A DNA stretch of 64,000 bases from Verrucomicrobiota bacterium (GCA_016200005.1 JACQFP010000027.1:1437-65436); one strand, 5' to 3'; counted from the stretch's first letter, positions 10,293 through 21,454 are shown. Made by a program: numbers and translations. Notes: generated by a model not told the origin, from the sequence alone.

Positions 10293-10491
10293 GACTTGAT
10301 TCGACCGTCCCCAAGATGTTTCGTTCGGTCTTGGAAACGATTACCTCAGCCTAATGTGTGATTGCCTTGACCGCAATGCCAAGCGGGTTTCCTCTCGCGC
10401 AAACCACAGAAACCAATCGCCATTTGCGGCGTGGTCAAACTCCCCTATTGCTTGATGGGATGCTTTGCCGTAGCTTTGCCGCGCTTGTGAC

Positions 10492-11364
10492 ATGAAAGTT
10501 TATATCGACGGCAAATACTACGACGAGAAGAACGCGACAATTTCCGTGTTCGATCACGGCTTGCTGTATGGCGACGGCATTTTTGAAGGCATTCGCGCTT
10601 ACAATGGGCGGGTCTTCAAATTGAAGGAGCACGTTGACCGGTTGTTCTATTCGGCCAAAGCCATTCTGCTCACGCTGCCATTGTCGCACAGCCAGATCAT
10701 GCGCGCAGTCGTGGAAACCTGCCGGCGAAACAAACTCCACGACGGCTACATCCGCTTGGTGGTTACTCGCGGCATCGGCTCGCTCGGACTGAATCCGAAA
10801 AGTTGCAAGAATCCGTCGGTCATCATCATTGCGGATAAAATACAACTTTACCCGCATGGCTATTACAAGAACGGCTTGGAGATAATTACCGTGCCGACGG
10901 TGCGAAATTTGCACAGCGCGCTGAATCCGGCAATCAAGTCGCTCAATTACTTGAACAACGTGCTGGCCAAAATCGAAGCCAACAACGGCGGTTGCGAAGA
11001 AGCGATCATGTTGAACGCCGAAGGGTTTGTATCCGAGTGCACCGGCGACAACGTCTTCATCGTCAAGGCCGGCCACTTGCTCACGCCGCCGCTCTCGGCA
11101 GGCGCTTTGTATGGCATCACACGCAGTGTGGTGATGGAATTAGCCAAGGAATCCGGCTTGACCGTGGGTGAACCCAACCTGACGCGTTACGATCTTTTCA
11201 ATGCCGATGAATGTTTCCTCACTGGCACGGGCGCGGAATTGATTCCCGTGGTCAAGATTGATGGGCGCATCATCGGCAACGGCAAGCCAGGACCGGTGAC
11301 GGCGCGGTTGGTGGCCAAATACGCCGCCTTGACTAAAGTCTCCGGCGAGCCGATATACGACTAG
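10492..11364 (+). CDS. Class IV aminotransferase (branched-chain amino acid / D-amino acid aminotransferase)
   Basis: 290 aa; fold-type IV PLP motifs (FDHGLLYGDGIFEGIRAY, catalytic K in KxxNYL). Confidence 0.75.
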   Translation: MKVYIDGKYYDEKNATISVFDHGLLYGDGIFEGIRAYNGRVFKLKEHVDRLFYSAKAILLTLPLSHSQIMRAVVETCRRNKLHDGYIRLVVTRGIGSLGLNPKSCKNPSVIIIADKIQLYPHGYYKNGLEIITVPTVRNLHSALNPAIKSLNYLNNVLAKIEANNGGCEEAIMLNAEGFVSECTGDNVFIVKAGHLLTPPLSAGALYGITRSVVMELAKESGLTVGEPNLTRYDLFNADECFLTGTGAELIPVVKIDGRIIGNGKPGPVTARLVAKYAALTKVSGEPIYD

Positions 11365-11368
11365 GTTT

Positions 11369-11878
11369 ATGCTTTGCTGCGTTTGTAAAGAAAAAGAAGC
11401 GACGGTGCACTTGACCCAGATCGCCGGGGAAAAGATGCAAAAAGTCGATTTGTGCGAGGACTGTGCCAAACAGAAGGGTGTCAATGACCCGGCCGGTTTT
11501 TCGCTCGCGGACTTGTTGCTGGGCCTGGGAGCGTCGCAGGAGATCGAGCAATCTGGCGGGGGCGTCGAGATCAAATGTCCCACGTGCGGTTTTACGCAGG
11601 CTGATTTCAAGAAGGCCGGACGGCTCGGCTGCCCGGATTGTTACAAAACGTTTGCCGAAGGCTTGGAAGGGTTGCTCAAGACGATGCACAAAGGCACGCG
11701 ACACATGGGCAAGGTTCCGCGCGCCTTGCAGCAGAGTCGTGATTTGTCTGACCGCCTGAAGAACTTGCAGAAGAAACTCGCCAAGGCGGTCGCGGACGAG
11801 AATTTCGAACAGGCGGCCCAGTTGCGCGATGAGATCCGGCAAACCAGCGACAAACTGACTGAACTGGCAGCGATTTGA
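11369..11878 (+). CDS. mcsA: McsA-like protein (CxxC zinc fingers + UVR domain), activator of protein arginine kinase
   Basis: Two CxxC pairs (CCVCKE...CEDC, CPTCG...CPDC), C-terminal UVR motif (ENFEQAAQLRDEI); immediately upstream of mcsB. Confidence 0.7.
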   Translation: MLCCVCKEKEATVHLTQIAGEKMQKVDLCEDCAKQKGVNDPAGFSLADLLLGLGASQEIEQSGGGVEIKCPTCGFTQADFKKAGRLGCPDCYKTFAEGLEGLLKTMHKGTRHMGKVPRALQQSRDLSDRLKNLQKKLAKAVADENFEQAAQLRDEIRQTSDKLTELAAI

Positions 11879-11882
11879 TTCC

Positions 11883-12995
11883 ATGGATATTCATGAGTTT
11901 CTCATTCCCCCCGCCGAATCCGCGCGCCGACGCGGCCCGCACGACCGCATCGTCATGTCCAGTCGCGTGCGGCTGGCGCGCAATCTCAAAGGCGCGGCGT
12001 TTCCCGGCTGGGCCAAAAAGCCGGAGCGGATCAAAACCTTGGAGGTGCTTCGTCCGGCCATCCAAGCCCTGCCAGATATGGCCGACGCGTTTTCTGAATC
12101 GATGGACAATCTCTCGAGTCTGGACAAGCAGATTCTCGTCGAGCGCCATTTGATCAGCCGTGAACACGCCGCCAAGAGCGCCGGCAGCGGCCTGGTCTTG
12201 AATCGCGATGAATCCTTTTGCGTGATGATCAATGAGGAGGACCATCTTCGAATGCAGGCCTTGCGGCCAGGGTTGCAAACCAAGCAGGCTTGGCAGGCCA
12301 TCGACCAGATTGATTCCGCGTTGGAAAAGAATCTCGATTACGCATTCAGCCCCGAACTTGGTTACCTGACGGCGTGCCCCACCAACCTTGGCACGGGCAT
12401 CCGCGTCAGCGCCATGCTGCATTTGCCGGGATTGGTCTTGGCGGAGCAGATCAATCAAATCATTCAATCCGTCAACAAACTGGGGTTGGCCGTTCGCGGT
12501 CTGTATGGCGAAGGCACGGAGGCTTTGGGTAATGTTTTCCAGGTTTCCAATCAGATGACCCTCGGCGAAACGGAAATCGCCATCGTGGACCGTTTGGAAA
12601 AAGTCCTTTTGCAAATCATCGAGCATGAGGAGAATTCCCGTGCCACGTTGCTGGAGAAGAAGCCCAAGATGGTTTATAACCACATCGGCCGGGCCTACGG
12701 CATTCTCGCCAACGCGCACAGCGTATCCTCCAAAGAAACGATGAACCTCCTCTCGTTGATGCGGTTGGGCGTCGATTTGGGACTGTTCCCCGGCGTCGAA
12801 CGATCGCTGCCGGATGAGTTGTTCATCCTGACCCAACCGGCCCATTTGCAGAAGCTGCATTCCGAGAAACTTACGGCCGAAGAGCGGGATTTGCTGCGCG
12901 CCGACATGGTGCGCGCTCGCCTGCAGAATGTCAGCCGGCCTGTCACCACCGCTCCCGGTGCCGCCGGCGGCAAGTCGCCCAGGGCGACCAACTGA
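11883..12995 (+). CDS. mcsB: Protein arginine kinase McsB (ATP:guanido phosphotransferase family)
   Basis: Phosphagen-kinase C-terminal domain motifs (CPTNLGTGIRVSAMLHLP); 370 aa. Confidence 0.8.
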   Translation: MDIHEFLIPPAESARRRGPHDRIVMSSRVRLARNLKGAAFPGWAKKPERIKTLEVLRPAIQALPDMADAFSESMDNLSSLDKQILVERHLISREHAAKSAGSGLVLNRDESFCVMINEEDHLRMQALRPGLQTKQAWQAIDQIDSALEKNLDYAFSPELGYLTACPTNLGTGIRVSAMLHLPGLVLAEQINQIIQSVNKLGLAVRGLYGEGTEALGNVFQVSNQMTLGETEIAIVDRLEKVLLQIIEHEENSRATLLEKKPKMVYNHIGRAYGILANAHSVSSKETMNLLSLMRLGVDLGLFPGVERSLPDELFILTQPAHLQKLHSEKLTAEERDLLRADMVRARLQNVSRPVTTAPGAAGGKSPRATN

Positions 12996-13263
12996 TTCCA
13001 CAGGCTTGTCGCCCAGCCGGGCGAGCAAGCTGGTACCAGCCGCAGGATGCCGCGTTACTCTCGCGCAGCGGCACTCAGTATCGTCCTCGGATTCGCGACG
13101 ATAAGTTTTCAGTGGATTTAACTGCAACTCCGGTTAAACTTTCTTCAACGAACACGATTTGCTTTGATGAGAGATCATCTGAGACTTGGCGACCAACCGG
13201 TAACGATGGGGCGTTGCAGGAACAAGAGTGGACAGATCCAAAAATCAAGCGCATGTTTGAACT

Positions 13264-15756
13264 ATGAGCGATGAAACCATGAGCAATTTCACGCCCCGCG
13301 CCCAACAGGTCTTGGCGCTGGCGCGCAAGGAAGCCGACCGTTTCAACCATAATTTCGTCGGCACCGAACATATTCTTTTGGGTTTGATCAAGCTGGGCCA
13401 GGGCGTCGCCGTCAATGTGCTGCAAAAACTCGGCCTTGACCTCGAAACCGTCCGGCTCGCAGTCGAAAAGGAAGTGGGCACGGGTCCCGATCAGAAAATG
13501 ATCGGCAACATTCCGTACACGCCCCGCGTCAAAAAAGTCCTCGCGCTTGCGCAGAAGGAAGCGAAGGCCTTAAACCACACTTACGTCGGCACTGAACATA
13601 TTTTGCTGGGCTTGCTGCGTGAAGGCGACGGCGTGGCGGCGCGCGTGCTGAAAAATCTGGACGTGGATATCGAGCAAACGCGCCAGGAGATATTGAAAGA
13701 ATTGGACCCCAACTTTGCCGCTCAGGACGAGCAATCCACCGGCGAAAGCTCGGAGAAACCCGTGGAGAAAAAGGGCGAGGTCAAAACTCCCGCGTTGAAA
13801 GCCTTCGGCCGCGACCTCACCGAAATCGCCCGCAAAGGGGAGATGGACCCGGTCATTGGCCGCAAGAACGAGATTGAGCGGGTCATTCAAATCCTTTGCC
13901 GACGAACAAAGAATAATCCGGTGTTGCTCGGTGAAGCCGGCGTCGGCAAGACCGCCATCGTCGAAGGTCTGGCGCAGGAAATCGCCAAGGGTAACGTCCC
14001 TGAATTGTTGCGCGACAAGCGTGTCATCACGCTCGACCTCGCGCTCATGGTCGCCGGCACCAAATACCGCGGCCAATTCGAAGAGCGCATCAAAGCCGTG
14101 ATGGACGAGATTCGCCGCGCGAAAAACATCATCCTGTTTATTGACGAATTGCACACCATTGTGGGCGCCGGCTCCGCCGAGGGCACCATGGACGCCTCCA
14201 ACATCATCAAGCCCGCCCTGAGTCGCGGCGAGATGCAGTGCATCGGCGCCACCACGCTCAATGAGTATCGCAAATACATCGAGAAGGACGCAGCGCTGGA
14301 ACGACGCTTCCAGAGCGTCAAAGTTGAAGCCCCGTCTGTCGAAGAAGCCATTTTGATTTTGAAAGGCCTCCGCCCCAAATACGAGGAACACCACAAAGCG
14401 GAGTTCACCGACAAAGCCATCGAAGCCTCGGTTAAATTGTCCGATCGTTACATCACCGATCGTTATCTGCCCGACAAAGGCATCGATCTGATGGACGAAG
14501 CCGGCTCGCGCGCGCGTATTGGCTCGATGACGCGTCCGCCCGAAGTTAAAGCGCTGGAAGCTGAAATCGAAGAAATCAAAGCCCGCAAAGAACGCGCCAT
14601 CAAAGGGCAGGATTTCGAAGGCGCCGCGGCCATGCGCGACAAGGAGAAACAGGCCAAGGAAAAACTGGAAGCCGTCATCAATGCCTGGAAAGCCTCCCGC
14701 GAAGAAAAGCGCGTGAAGGTGGACGAAGAGGACATCATGCACGTGGTTTCCAAATGGACGGGCGTGCCGCTGCAACGCATGGAAGAAAGCGAAACGAGAC
14801 GCTTGCTGAACATGGAGCAGGAAATGGCCAAAGTCGTCGTCGGTCAGAAAGAGGCCGTGGCCGCCATTTGCAAGGCGCTGCGCCGTTCGCGCGCCGATTT
14901 GAAAGATCCGAAACGCCCCATCGGCACGTTCGCGTTGCTCGGCCCGACGGGTGTCGGCAAAACCTTGCTGGCCAAATCCATGGCCGAAGCGATGTTTGGC
15001 GACGCCAAATCGCTCATTCAACTCGACATGTCCGAATACATGGAGCGGCACAATTCCTCGCGCATGGTCGGCTCGCCGCCGGGTTATGTCGGTTACGAAG
15101 AAGGCGGACAATTGACCGAGCAGGTGCGTCGTAAGCCCTACTCTGTGGTTTTGTTTGACGAAATCGAAAAAGCGCACCCCGACGTGATGAACATGCTCCT
15201 GCAGATTCTCGAAGAGGGCAAATTGACCGACAACGTCGGGCGCGTGATCAATTTCCGTAACACCATCATCCTGATGACTTCGAATGTCGGCTCGGAAACC
15301 ATCAAGAAACAAACGACGATGGGTTTCTCGCCGATCAACGACGAAAACAGTTACGAGAAAATGCGCGAGAAAATCATGGACGAGGCCAAGCGCACGTTCA
15401 AACCGGAGTTCCTGAACCGTTTGGATGACGTGATCGTTTTCCGCTCGTTGACCAAGCCCGACCTCATTCAAATCCTGGATTTGGAAATCAGCAAAGTCAC
15501 GGAGCGCCTCAGAAACAAGAACATTCAATTGCAGCTCGATGACAAGGCAAAGGATTTCCTGGTCGAAAAAGGTTACGATCCGACCTACGGAGCGCGACCC
15601 ATGCGCCGCGCCGTTGAAAAGTTTTTGGAAGACCCGCTGGCTGAAGAGATTCTCAAGGGCAATCTGCACGACAACGACCCCATTCAAGTCAGTGTCGAGC
15701 AGGACAAGCTGAACTTTGTGCAGAGAACTCCCACGGCGGGCGCGCTTTCCAGTTGA
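13264..15756 (+). CDS. clpC: ATP-dependent Clp protease ATP-binding subunit ClpC (two Clp_N repeats, two AAA+ modules, UVR linker)
   Basis: Duplicated Clp_N (GTEHILLGL x2), Walker [10 protein letters not shown] and [11 protein letters not shown]-like linker, 830 aa. Confidence 0.9.
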   Translation: MSDETMSNFTPRAQQVLALARKEADRFNHNFVGTEHILLGLIKLGQGVAVNVLQKLGLDLETVRLAVEKEVGTGPDQKMIGNIPYTPRVKKVLALAQKEAKALNHTYVGTEHILLGLLREGDGVAARVLKNLDVDIEQTRQEILKELDPNFAAQDEQSTGESSEKPVEKKGEVKTPALKAFGRDLTEIARKGEMDPVIGRKNEIERVIQILCRRTKNNPVLLGEAGVGKTAIVEGLAQEIAKGNVPELLRDKRVITLDLALMVAGTKYRGQFEERIKAVMDEIRRAKNIILFIDELHTIVGAGSAEGTMDASNIIKPALSRGEMQCIGATTLNEYRKYIEKDAALERRFQSVKVEAPSVEEAILILKGLRPKYEEHHKAEFTDKAIEASVKLSDRYITDRYLPDKGIDLMDEAGSRARIGSMTRPPEVKALEAEIEEIKARKERAIKGQDFEGAAAMRDKEKQAKEKLEAVINAWKASREEKRVKVDEEDIMHVVSKWTGVPLQRMEESETRRLLNMEQEMAKVVVGQKEAVAAICKALRRSRADLKDPKRPIGTFALLGPTGVGKTLLAKSMAEAMFGDAKSLIQLDMSEYMERHNSSRMVGSPPGYVGYEEGGQLTEQVRRKPYSVVLFDEIEKAHPDVMNMLLQILEEGKLTDNVGRVINFRNTIILMTSNVGSETIKKQTTMGFSPINDENSYEKMREKIMDEAKRTFKPEFLNRLDDVIVFRSLTKPDLIQILDLEISKVTERLRNKNIQLQLDDKAKDFLVEKGYDPTYGARPMRRAVEKFLEDPLAEEILKGNLHDNDPIQVSVEQDKLNFVQRTPTAGALSS

Positions 15757-15856
15757 GCATCAAATGGTCCGGGGTTGCGGCGATTCCAAAAACCGGACTT
15801 GTTTTTCAGATCGCTTCAGCCTATAGTCAGAGCAAGTAACCCAACAGCGCGCGCCT

Positions 15857-17209
15857 ATGAATCATAAATGGCAGATACCAAGACGGACGTTTCTGAAAGG
15901 ATTGGGCACGGCGGTCGCGTTGCCGATGCTAGAAGCCATGGCGCCGGCGGTATCCTTTGCTGCCTCCAGCGCTGGAGCGCCCAAAGGTTTCCCCAAGCGA
16001 ATGGCGTTCATTTACGTGCCGAACGGCCAGAACATGGCGGATTGGACGCCAAAAACTGTGGGCGCGGACTTTGAGCTGCCGGCCATTTTGGAGCCGCTCA
16101 AAGCGCATCAAAGAGATTTCCTTGTTCTCAGCGGCCTGGCCCACGACAAAGGGCGCGCCAATGGCGACGGCGCGGGCGATCATGCGCGCGCGTCGGCCAG
16201 TTATCTGACCGGCTGTCAGCCGCGCAAAACTCACGGCGTCGATATCAAGGTGGGAGTCTCAGTGGATCAAGTCGCCGCGTCGAAAGTCGGGAAGCAAACG
16301 CGCTTTGCGTCCTTGGAACTGGGATGCGACCGCAGCCAGTTGGCGGGCAATTGTGATTCGGGTTACAGTTGCGCCTATTCGTACAACATTTCCTGGAAGA
16401 CGGACGCTACGCCGATGCCGCCGGAAGTGGATCCGCGCTCGGTGTTCGACCGGCTTTTCAGCAACGGGAAGCCCGGCGAAACGAAAGAGGCGCGGGCCAG
16501 GCGGGAGCTTTACGAAAAGAGCATTTTGGATTTCGTGCTGGAAGACGCAAACCGATTGAAATCCAACCTGGGCTATACGGACCGGCGCAAGCTCGACGAA
16601 TACCTTACCGCTGTCCGCGAAATGGAAACGCGCATCGAACGCGCCGAGAAATATGCAGCCGAGTTGCCGGGGAACACACGCCCGACGGGCATCCCCAAGG
16701 AATTTGAGCAACATATCCGATTGATGTATGACTTGCTTGCGCTCGCCTTTCAAACGGACACAACGCGAATCTCGACTTTCGTCATAGCGCATGACGGCAG
16801 CAACCGGCCGTATCCCTTCATCGGCGTCACCGAGGGCCATCACGACCTTTCACATCATGGCAATGACGAAACGAAGAAGCAGAAGATCGCGAAGATCAAT
16901 CGGTTCCACACGACCCAATTCGCTTACTTTCTCGAGAAGCTAAAGTCGATCAAGGAAGGCGAAGGTACGTTGCTGGACAACAGCATGATCGTCTATGGCA
17001 GTGGCTTGGCCGACGGAAATGCTCATGCCCACGATCATCTGCCCGTGCTCCTCGCGGGCAAAGCCGGGGGCACGATCCAACCCGGCCGGCACATCCGTTT
17101 CGAGAAAGAGACGCCGATGACCAACCTCTTTGTGTCGATGCTCGATCGGTTGGGCGCGCCGGTGGATCGCATCGGCGATAGCACCGGCAAATTGCGCGAG
17201 CTATCGTGA
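15857..17209 (+). CDS. DUF1501 (sulfatase-like) domain protein with twin-arginine signal
   Basis: RRTFLKGLGTAVALP Tat motif; DUF1501 family typical of Planctomycetes/Verrucomicrobia. Confidence 0.75.
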   Translation: MNHKWQIPRRTFLKGLGTAVALPMLEAMAPAVSFAASSAGAPKGFPKRMAFIYVPNGQNMADWTPKTVGADFELPAILEPLKAHQRDFLVLSGLAHDKGRANGDGAGDHARASASYLTGCQPRKTHGVDIKVGVSVDQVAASKVGKQTRFASLELGCDRSQLAGNCDSGYSCAYSYNISWKTDATPMPPEVDPRSVFDRLFSNGKPGETKEARARRELYEKSILDFVLEDANRLKSNLGYTDRRKLDEYLTAVREMETRIERAEKYAAELPGNTRPTGIPKEFEQHIRLMYDLLALAFQTDTTRISTFVIAHDGSNRPYPFIGVTEGHHDLSHHGNDETKKQKIAKINRFHTTQFAYFLEKLKSIKEGEGTLLDNSMIVYGSGLADGNAHAHDHLPVLLAGKAGGTIQPGRHIRFEKETPMTNLFVSMLDRLGAPVDRIGDSTGKLRELS

Positions 17210-17216
17210 TCGCGAT

Positions 17217-18797
17217 TTACTCCTCGGCCAGTTCGCGTTGCTGCTGAATAAATTCCCGTGCTTGCGCGCGCTCCTCGTCGCTGAGTTTGCCATCGCCGTC
17301 CTTATCAAAGCGTTTGATGATGCCAGCCACAAACCCGCCGCGTCCGGTCTCTTTCTTTGATTCGGCCATCGCCCGGTCGATGAATGAATCGGCCATGTGA
17401 CGTTTGAGCGACGCCCGCAACTGGGGCATTTCTTCCTCCTTCGCCGCGACCACTTGCAGGGTCACGCTGCCCATTTCGTCTGATGACATGCGTCCCCACC
17501 GCACTCGCACGGGCGGAATTGTCGGGTTCTTGGGGTTGTCGGCGGAGTTATCGTAGCTGATTTCCGAATCAATCCGCGTGCCTTTGGGCAGCGTGAAAGG
17601 TTGCTTGTAGGTGTATTGTTCCTGCCACGCAAAGTCCCAATCGCCGATTTTCATGAGCCACTTTTCGTGCCCATCCGGCATGGTGGCGATCATCTTCATC
17701 TCCTTGGCCAACTGGTGGGCATGTCCGTTGACGGCAAACGCTTCGACATCCACGGGCAGCACAAAGGAATCCTTGATGACATAATGTTTTTCCCCAGCCG
17801 GGATATCGATCCCGGCAATGGCGCCAAAAATGGGCGGCAGTTGAATGCCGGCAAAGGTCTTCTTGGGCGGCCCGTCGGCAAAATAAAACCCGATCACCGA
17901 TTGTTCCTGCTCCACTTTACCCGACGGATGAAAATGAGTTTGCAACACCAGGTCGGCACCCTTCGGAATGTGCCAGGCCAGACCTTCGGGCAAAGGGCGC
18001 GGATTTCCGCCCACAGCCCAACCGCCAAGCCCGCCGCTCATCTGGAGTCCCCTGCCCCGTCCGCCACCACCACCGTTGTAGCCAGGTTCTGGATCGGCTT
18101 CGTCCAACTTGCGGGCGGTCCCGGTGGTATCGAGGAAAAACAAACAGTGATGAACCACCGTTCTGGCGCTGGGCCGAAACTCAATCGCCTTCACCCACTT
18201 ATCCTCCGTAAGATTCAACGGAACGGCAAAGTAGCGGTAAATATCTTGACCCTCCGCCCGCACCGTGTAGGCCTCGGACATTTTTACAACGAGGTCCGGT
18301 TTGCCAAGTTGCCAGCCTTCTGGAAATTTTGGCAACGCGGGCAGTTTGGCGGCATCGCCCTCGATCGCGCCCTCAGCATACCACTGTCGCAGCATCCCGA
18401 TTTGCTCGTCCGAGATGCGACGTTCATTGGCAAACTCGCAGTAACCCGGCTCAGCGTGCCACGGCGGCATAAATGTTTCTCCAGTGACTTCCGCGATCAA
18501 CCTGGCCCGTTTCTTCACGTCGGCATAGGTGAGCAATGCGAACGGCGCCGCTTCACCCGGTCGATGGCACGAAGCACAGTTATTGAAAACAATCGGTGCA
18601 ATGTGTTCGGTGAACGTCAGCGTGCCTTTCGGCTTCGGCGTGTACTTGATGTCGGCGATCCGCGCCGCTTTCGGTCGCGATTTGGCCGGCGCTTCAGCCG
18701 GCGCTTCGGTCGGCGATTGTGCATGCGCAAGCGGAACGAGCATCAAACCCGCCAGAAAACCGGCGGCCAGGTCTTTGGAGTATTTTCTCATAATCAT
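17217..18797 (-). CDS. Secreted PSCyt1-type cytochrome c fused to a His-rich Cu-monooxygenase-like region and a C-terminal EF-hand
   Basis: Signal peptide; CASCH heme motif followed by ...MPPW (PSCyt1 signature); HH / H / HFH / HAH...M pattern reminiscent of type-II Cu monooxygenase CuH/CuM sites; canonical EF-hand loop DKDGDGKLSDEE. Confidence 0.55.
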   Translation of the reverse strand: MIMRKYSKDLAAGFLAGLMLVPLAHAQSPTEAPAEAPAKSRPKAARIADIKYTPKPKGTLTFTEHIAPIVFNNCASCHRPGEAAPFALLTYADVKKRARLIAEVTGETFMPPWHAEPGYCEFANERRISDEQIGMLRQWYAEGAIEGDAAKLPALPKFPEGWQLGKPDLVVKMSEAYTVRAEGQDIYRYFAVPLNLTEDKWVKAIEFRPSARTVVHHCLFFLDTTGTARKLDEADPEPGYNGGGGGRGRGLQMSGGLGGWAVGGNPRPLPEGLAWHIPKGADLVLQTHFHPSGKVEQEQSVIGFYFADGPPKKTFAGIQLPPIFGAIAGIDIPAGEKHYVIKDSFVLPVDVEAFAVNGHAHQLAKEMKMIATMPDGHEKWLMKIGDWDFAWQEQYTYKQPFTLPKGTRIDSEISYDNSADNPKNPTIPPVRVRWGRMSSDEMGSVTLQVVAAKEEEMPQLRASLKRHMADSFIDRAMAESKKETGRGGFVAGIIKRFDKDGDGKLSDEERAQAREFIQQQRELAEE

Positions 18798-18833
18798 TTT
18801 CTTGTGGTTTAATTCGCGCGAGCAAAGTTTCCA

Positions 18834-19511
18834 TCAATTCGTGGGAATGTAACAACCGATAGCTTTCGTTCGCGAGTTGGTGACAGCTTTCCCTTTTACG
18901 ACAGCATCCAGCGCCTGTCGCAAGTCCTTCTCGGTGGCCTGACCGCGGGATTTGCCCCACGCGCTGTAGAGATTGTCGATGCGGCCTCGATAGAGAATTT
19001 TCCCATTGGCGCCCACCACGACCGCTTCTGGGGTGACGGTCGCGCCGGTGGCTTTTACCAGGGCATGAGTGGAATCCAGAATGGTTGTGTGATTGGTAAG
19101 CCCGTACTCCGAGTTATGCTTTTCGAGCGCCGCGACTGTGAGGTCGGAATCGACAAAGACCAATTGAAACCGGATTCTCTTCGGACCGTAATCGCGACGG
19201 AGGCGTTCGAGTTCCCGGGCGTAAGCGTTGGAGATGGGACAGTCGTGCATGACAAAAATCAAAACCGATGCGACCGCTCCCTTCAGATCAAACGGAGTCT
19301 GCGCAACGCCTTTTACATCCTTGATGGAAAGCGAAACGCTGTCCACGCGCGTCTTATCCTTCGTCTCTGCACCGATGGACGAAGTGCACAACGAGAATAA
19401 GCTGAGAAGCAGAAGCAAGGTCGTCTGTCTCCTCATTCTGATCATCACAACATTTTGGTCTGAAAACCGCATTGCCAGCATGTGAATACATGTTGATAAC
19501 GGATTGTTCAA
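18834..19511 (-). CDS. Secreted thioredoxin-fold (redoxin/TlpA-like) protein with single-Cys CPxS motif
   Basis: Signal peptide; VLIFVMHDCPISNAY redoxin-like active-site region; 225 aa. Confidence 0.5.
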   Translation of the reverse strand: MNNPLSTCIHMLAMRFSDQNVVMIRMRRQTTLLLLLSLFSLCTSSIGAETKDKTRVDSVSLSIKDVKGVAQTPFDLKGAVASVLIFVMHDCPISNAYARELERLRRDYGPKRIRFQLVFVDSDLTVAALEKHNSEYGLTNHTTILDSTHALVKATGATVTPEAVVVGANGKILYRGRIDNLYSAWGKSRGQATEKDLRQALDAVVKGKAVTNSRTKAIGCYIPTN

Positions 19512-19580
19512 CAGGTTGGTTACGGTCCAAGGTGGGCGAAAATTAGACCTCGATCCAAATTCAGTTGATTTCGCGTGCCA

Positions 19581-21041
19581 TCACCCTTTCAACACCGGCC
19601 TGACTTTATGCCAATCAGTGCTTTGTTCGTAAGCATGCGCGATTTTCAACATCGTTTCCTCGCCAAACGGTTTGCCGAGTAGTTGCAAGCCGATCGGCAA
19701 TTTCGGCGATTTCGTGAAGCCGCAGGGAATGCTGATGCCGCAGATGCCTGCGAGGTTGCAGGAGATCGTGAAGATGTCCGAGAGATACATCTGCAACGGG
19801 TCGTCGGATTTTTCGCCGACCTTGAACGCGGCTGTCGGCGTCGTCGGGGTGACGATGGCATCGACTTGGTCGAATGCCTTCAAGAAATCCTGGCGGATGA
19901 GGGTGCGGACTTTTTGGGCGCGGAGATAATAGGCGTCATAGTAACCACTGCTCAGCACATAAGTGCCCAGGATGATACGGCGTTTGACTTCCGCGCCAAA
20001 CCCGGCACCGCGCGTCTTGCTGTACAGCTCGATTGGGTCTGCACCGTCCACGCGCAGGCCGTAACGGATGCCGTCGAAGCGGGCGAGGTTGGCGCTGGCC
20101 TCGGCGGGCGCGATGATGTAATACGTCGCAGCGGCATAATCGGTGTGCGGAAGGGAAATCTCCTCGACTTCCGCGCCGAGCTTCTGCAATCGCTGAACCG
20201 CAGCATCGACAGCGCTCTTCACTTCCGCGTCCAGCCCACCGATCATGTATTCCTTCGGCAAGCCCAGTTTCAGTCCTTTGATGTTGCCGTCGAGGGCGGC
20301 GACAAAGTTGGGCACAGGTTCAGGAACACTCGTCGAATCGCGCGGGTCCTGACCGCTGATGACACTCAGCATCGTAGCGGCATCGCGCACATCTTTGGTA
20401 AACGATCCAATCTGATCGAGCGATGACGCGAAGGCGACAAGTCCATAGCGCGAAACGCGGCCGTAAGTAGGTTTCAACCCGACACAACCGCAAAGCGCAG
20501 CAGGCTGGCGAATCGAACCGCCCGTGTCCGAACCAAGCGTGGCGATGACTTCATCCGCCGCAACCGCCGCCGCTGAACCGCCGGAAGAACCGCCGGGAAT
20601 GCGCGTCGTGTCCCACGGGTTCAAGGTGAGTTGGAATGCCGAGTTCTCAGTAGAACTGCCCATGGCAAACTCGTCCATGTTGAGCCGGCCAAAAACAATG
20701 GCACCGGCGGCTTTCAGTTTCTCGATGACCGTTGCGTCGTAGGGCGAAATAAATTTGCCGAGAATTTTTGAACCGCAGTTCAGCGGCTGGTTTTTTACCG
20801 CTAAAACATCCTTGATGGCGATGGGTATGCCCAGCAATCGGCGCTGCTCATGCTCTATGCCGGCTTTGTCGGCAGCATCCGCTTGGGCAAGTGCATCGGC
20901 GGCATCGTAGCTGATGAAAGCTTTGATCTGCCCATCGACACGCTGGATTCGGTCGAGGCAGGACTGCATGGCTTCGCGCGCGGAGACTTCGCGTTTGGCG
21001 AGGTGAGCAGTGAGTTGTGAAATTGTGAGTTGATTCAGCAT
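19581..21041 (-). CDS. gatA: Glutamyl-tRNA(Gln) amidotransferase subunit A
   Basis: Amidase signature ([13 protein letters not shown]), 486 aa, followed by gatC. Confidence 0.9.
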   Translation of the reverse strand: MLNQLTISQLTAHLAKREVSAREAMQSCLDRIQRVDGQIKAFISYDAADALAQADAADKAGIEHEQRRLLGIPIAIKDVLAVKNQPLNCGSKILGKFISPYDATVIEKLKAAGAIVFGRLNMDEFAMGSSTENSAFQLTLNPWDTTRIPGGSSGGSAAAVAADEVIATLGSDTGGSIRQPAALCGCVGLKPTYGRVSRYGLVAFASSLDQIGSFTKDVRDAATMLSVISGQDPRDSTSVPEPVPNFVAALDGNIKGLKLGLPKEYMIGGLDAEVKSAVDAAVQRLQKLGAEVEEISLPHTDYAAATYYIIAPAEASANLARFDGIRYGLRVDGADPIELYSKTRGAGFGAEVKRRIILGTYVLSSGYYDAYYLRAQKVRTLIRQDFLKAFDQVDAIVTPTTPTAAFKVGEKSDDPLQMYLSDIFTISCNLAGICGISIPCGFTKSPKLPIGLQLLGKPFGEETMLKIAHAYEQSTDWHKVRPVLKG

Positions 21042-21118
21042 GAAAAACTATTCATACATTTCAACCATCCTTGCGAATTCGAGTTCACAACTCGTGAGCA
21101 TTCGTGAAATTCGTGTCG

Positions 21119-21406
21119 TCATTCCACAATCTTGGGCACGATGAAGAGTCCGTTGGCTTTGGAGGGCGCGTTGCGCAAGGCCTCCTCGTTGGAAATGGAC
21201 GGACAGATTACATCGGGTCGTGTCACATTCACGAGGGGGACAGCGTGGGCGGTCGGCTCGACTTGGCTCACGTCCAGTTCCTTCAGCTTTTCGATGTAAC
21301 CGAGGATGTGGTTGAGTTGCGCGCCGAGCTTTTGCTCTTCGGCAGGCGAAAGTGAGAGCCGCGCCAGGTGCGCGACGTATTTGACATCAATTTCGGTTGC
21401 GGACAT
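21119..21406 (-). CDS. gatC: Glutamyl-tRNA(Gln) amidotransferase subunit C
   Basis: 95 aa; DVKYVAHLARLSLSPAEE...VEPTAH GatC pattern; adjacent to gatA. Confidence 0.8.
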   Translation of the reverse strand: MSATEIDVKYVAHLARLSLSPAEEQKLGAQLNHILGYIEKLKELDVSQVEPTAHAVPLVNVTRPDVICPSISNEEALRNAPSKANGLFIVPKIVE

Positions 21407-21417
21407 GGACGGAGATT

Positions 21418-21454
21418 AAAGTTCAAACTCCAAAGTTCAAAGTTCAAAGTTGAA
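21418..21454. repeat. Heptamer tandem repeat (AAAGTTC)x4 (one copy AAACTCC)
   Basis: Read directly in an AT-rich (~40% GC) intergenic stretch between gatC and ptsH. Confidence 0.7.

Noticed and set aside
13000-13263. Search for a CtsR operator (GGTCAAA-NAN-GGTCAAA) upstream of clpC and mcsA
   Set aside because: No tandem heptad resembling the CtsR box was found in either upstream region, so no regulatory site is claimed.
13570-15687. 705-aa ORF on the minus strand
   Set aside because: Lies entirely antisense to clpC. Low-complexity R/G/A/F-rich translation typical of a shadow ORF in high-GC coding sequence.
17601-18812. 403-aa plus-strand ORF
   Set aside because: Antisense to the cytochrome c/monooxygenase-like gene, which has signal peptide, CxxCH and EF-hand motifs; no domains on the plus frame.
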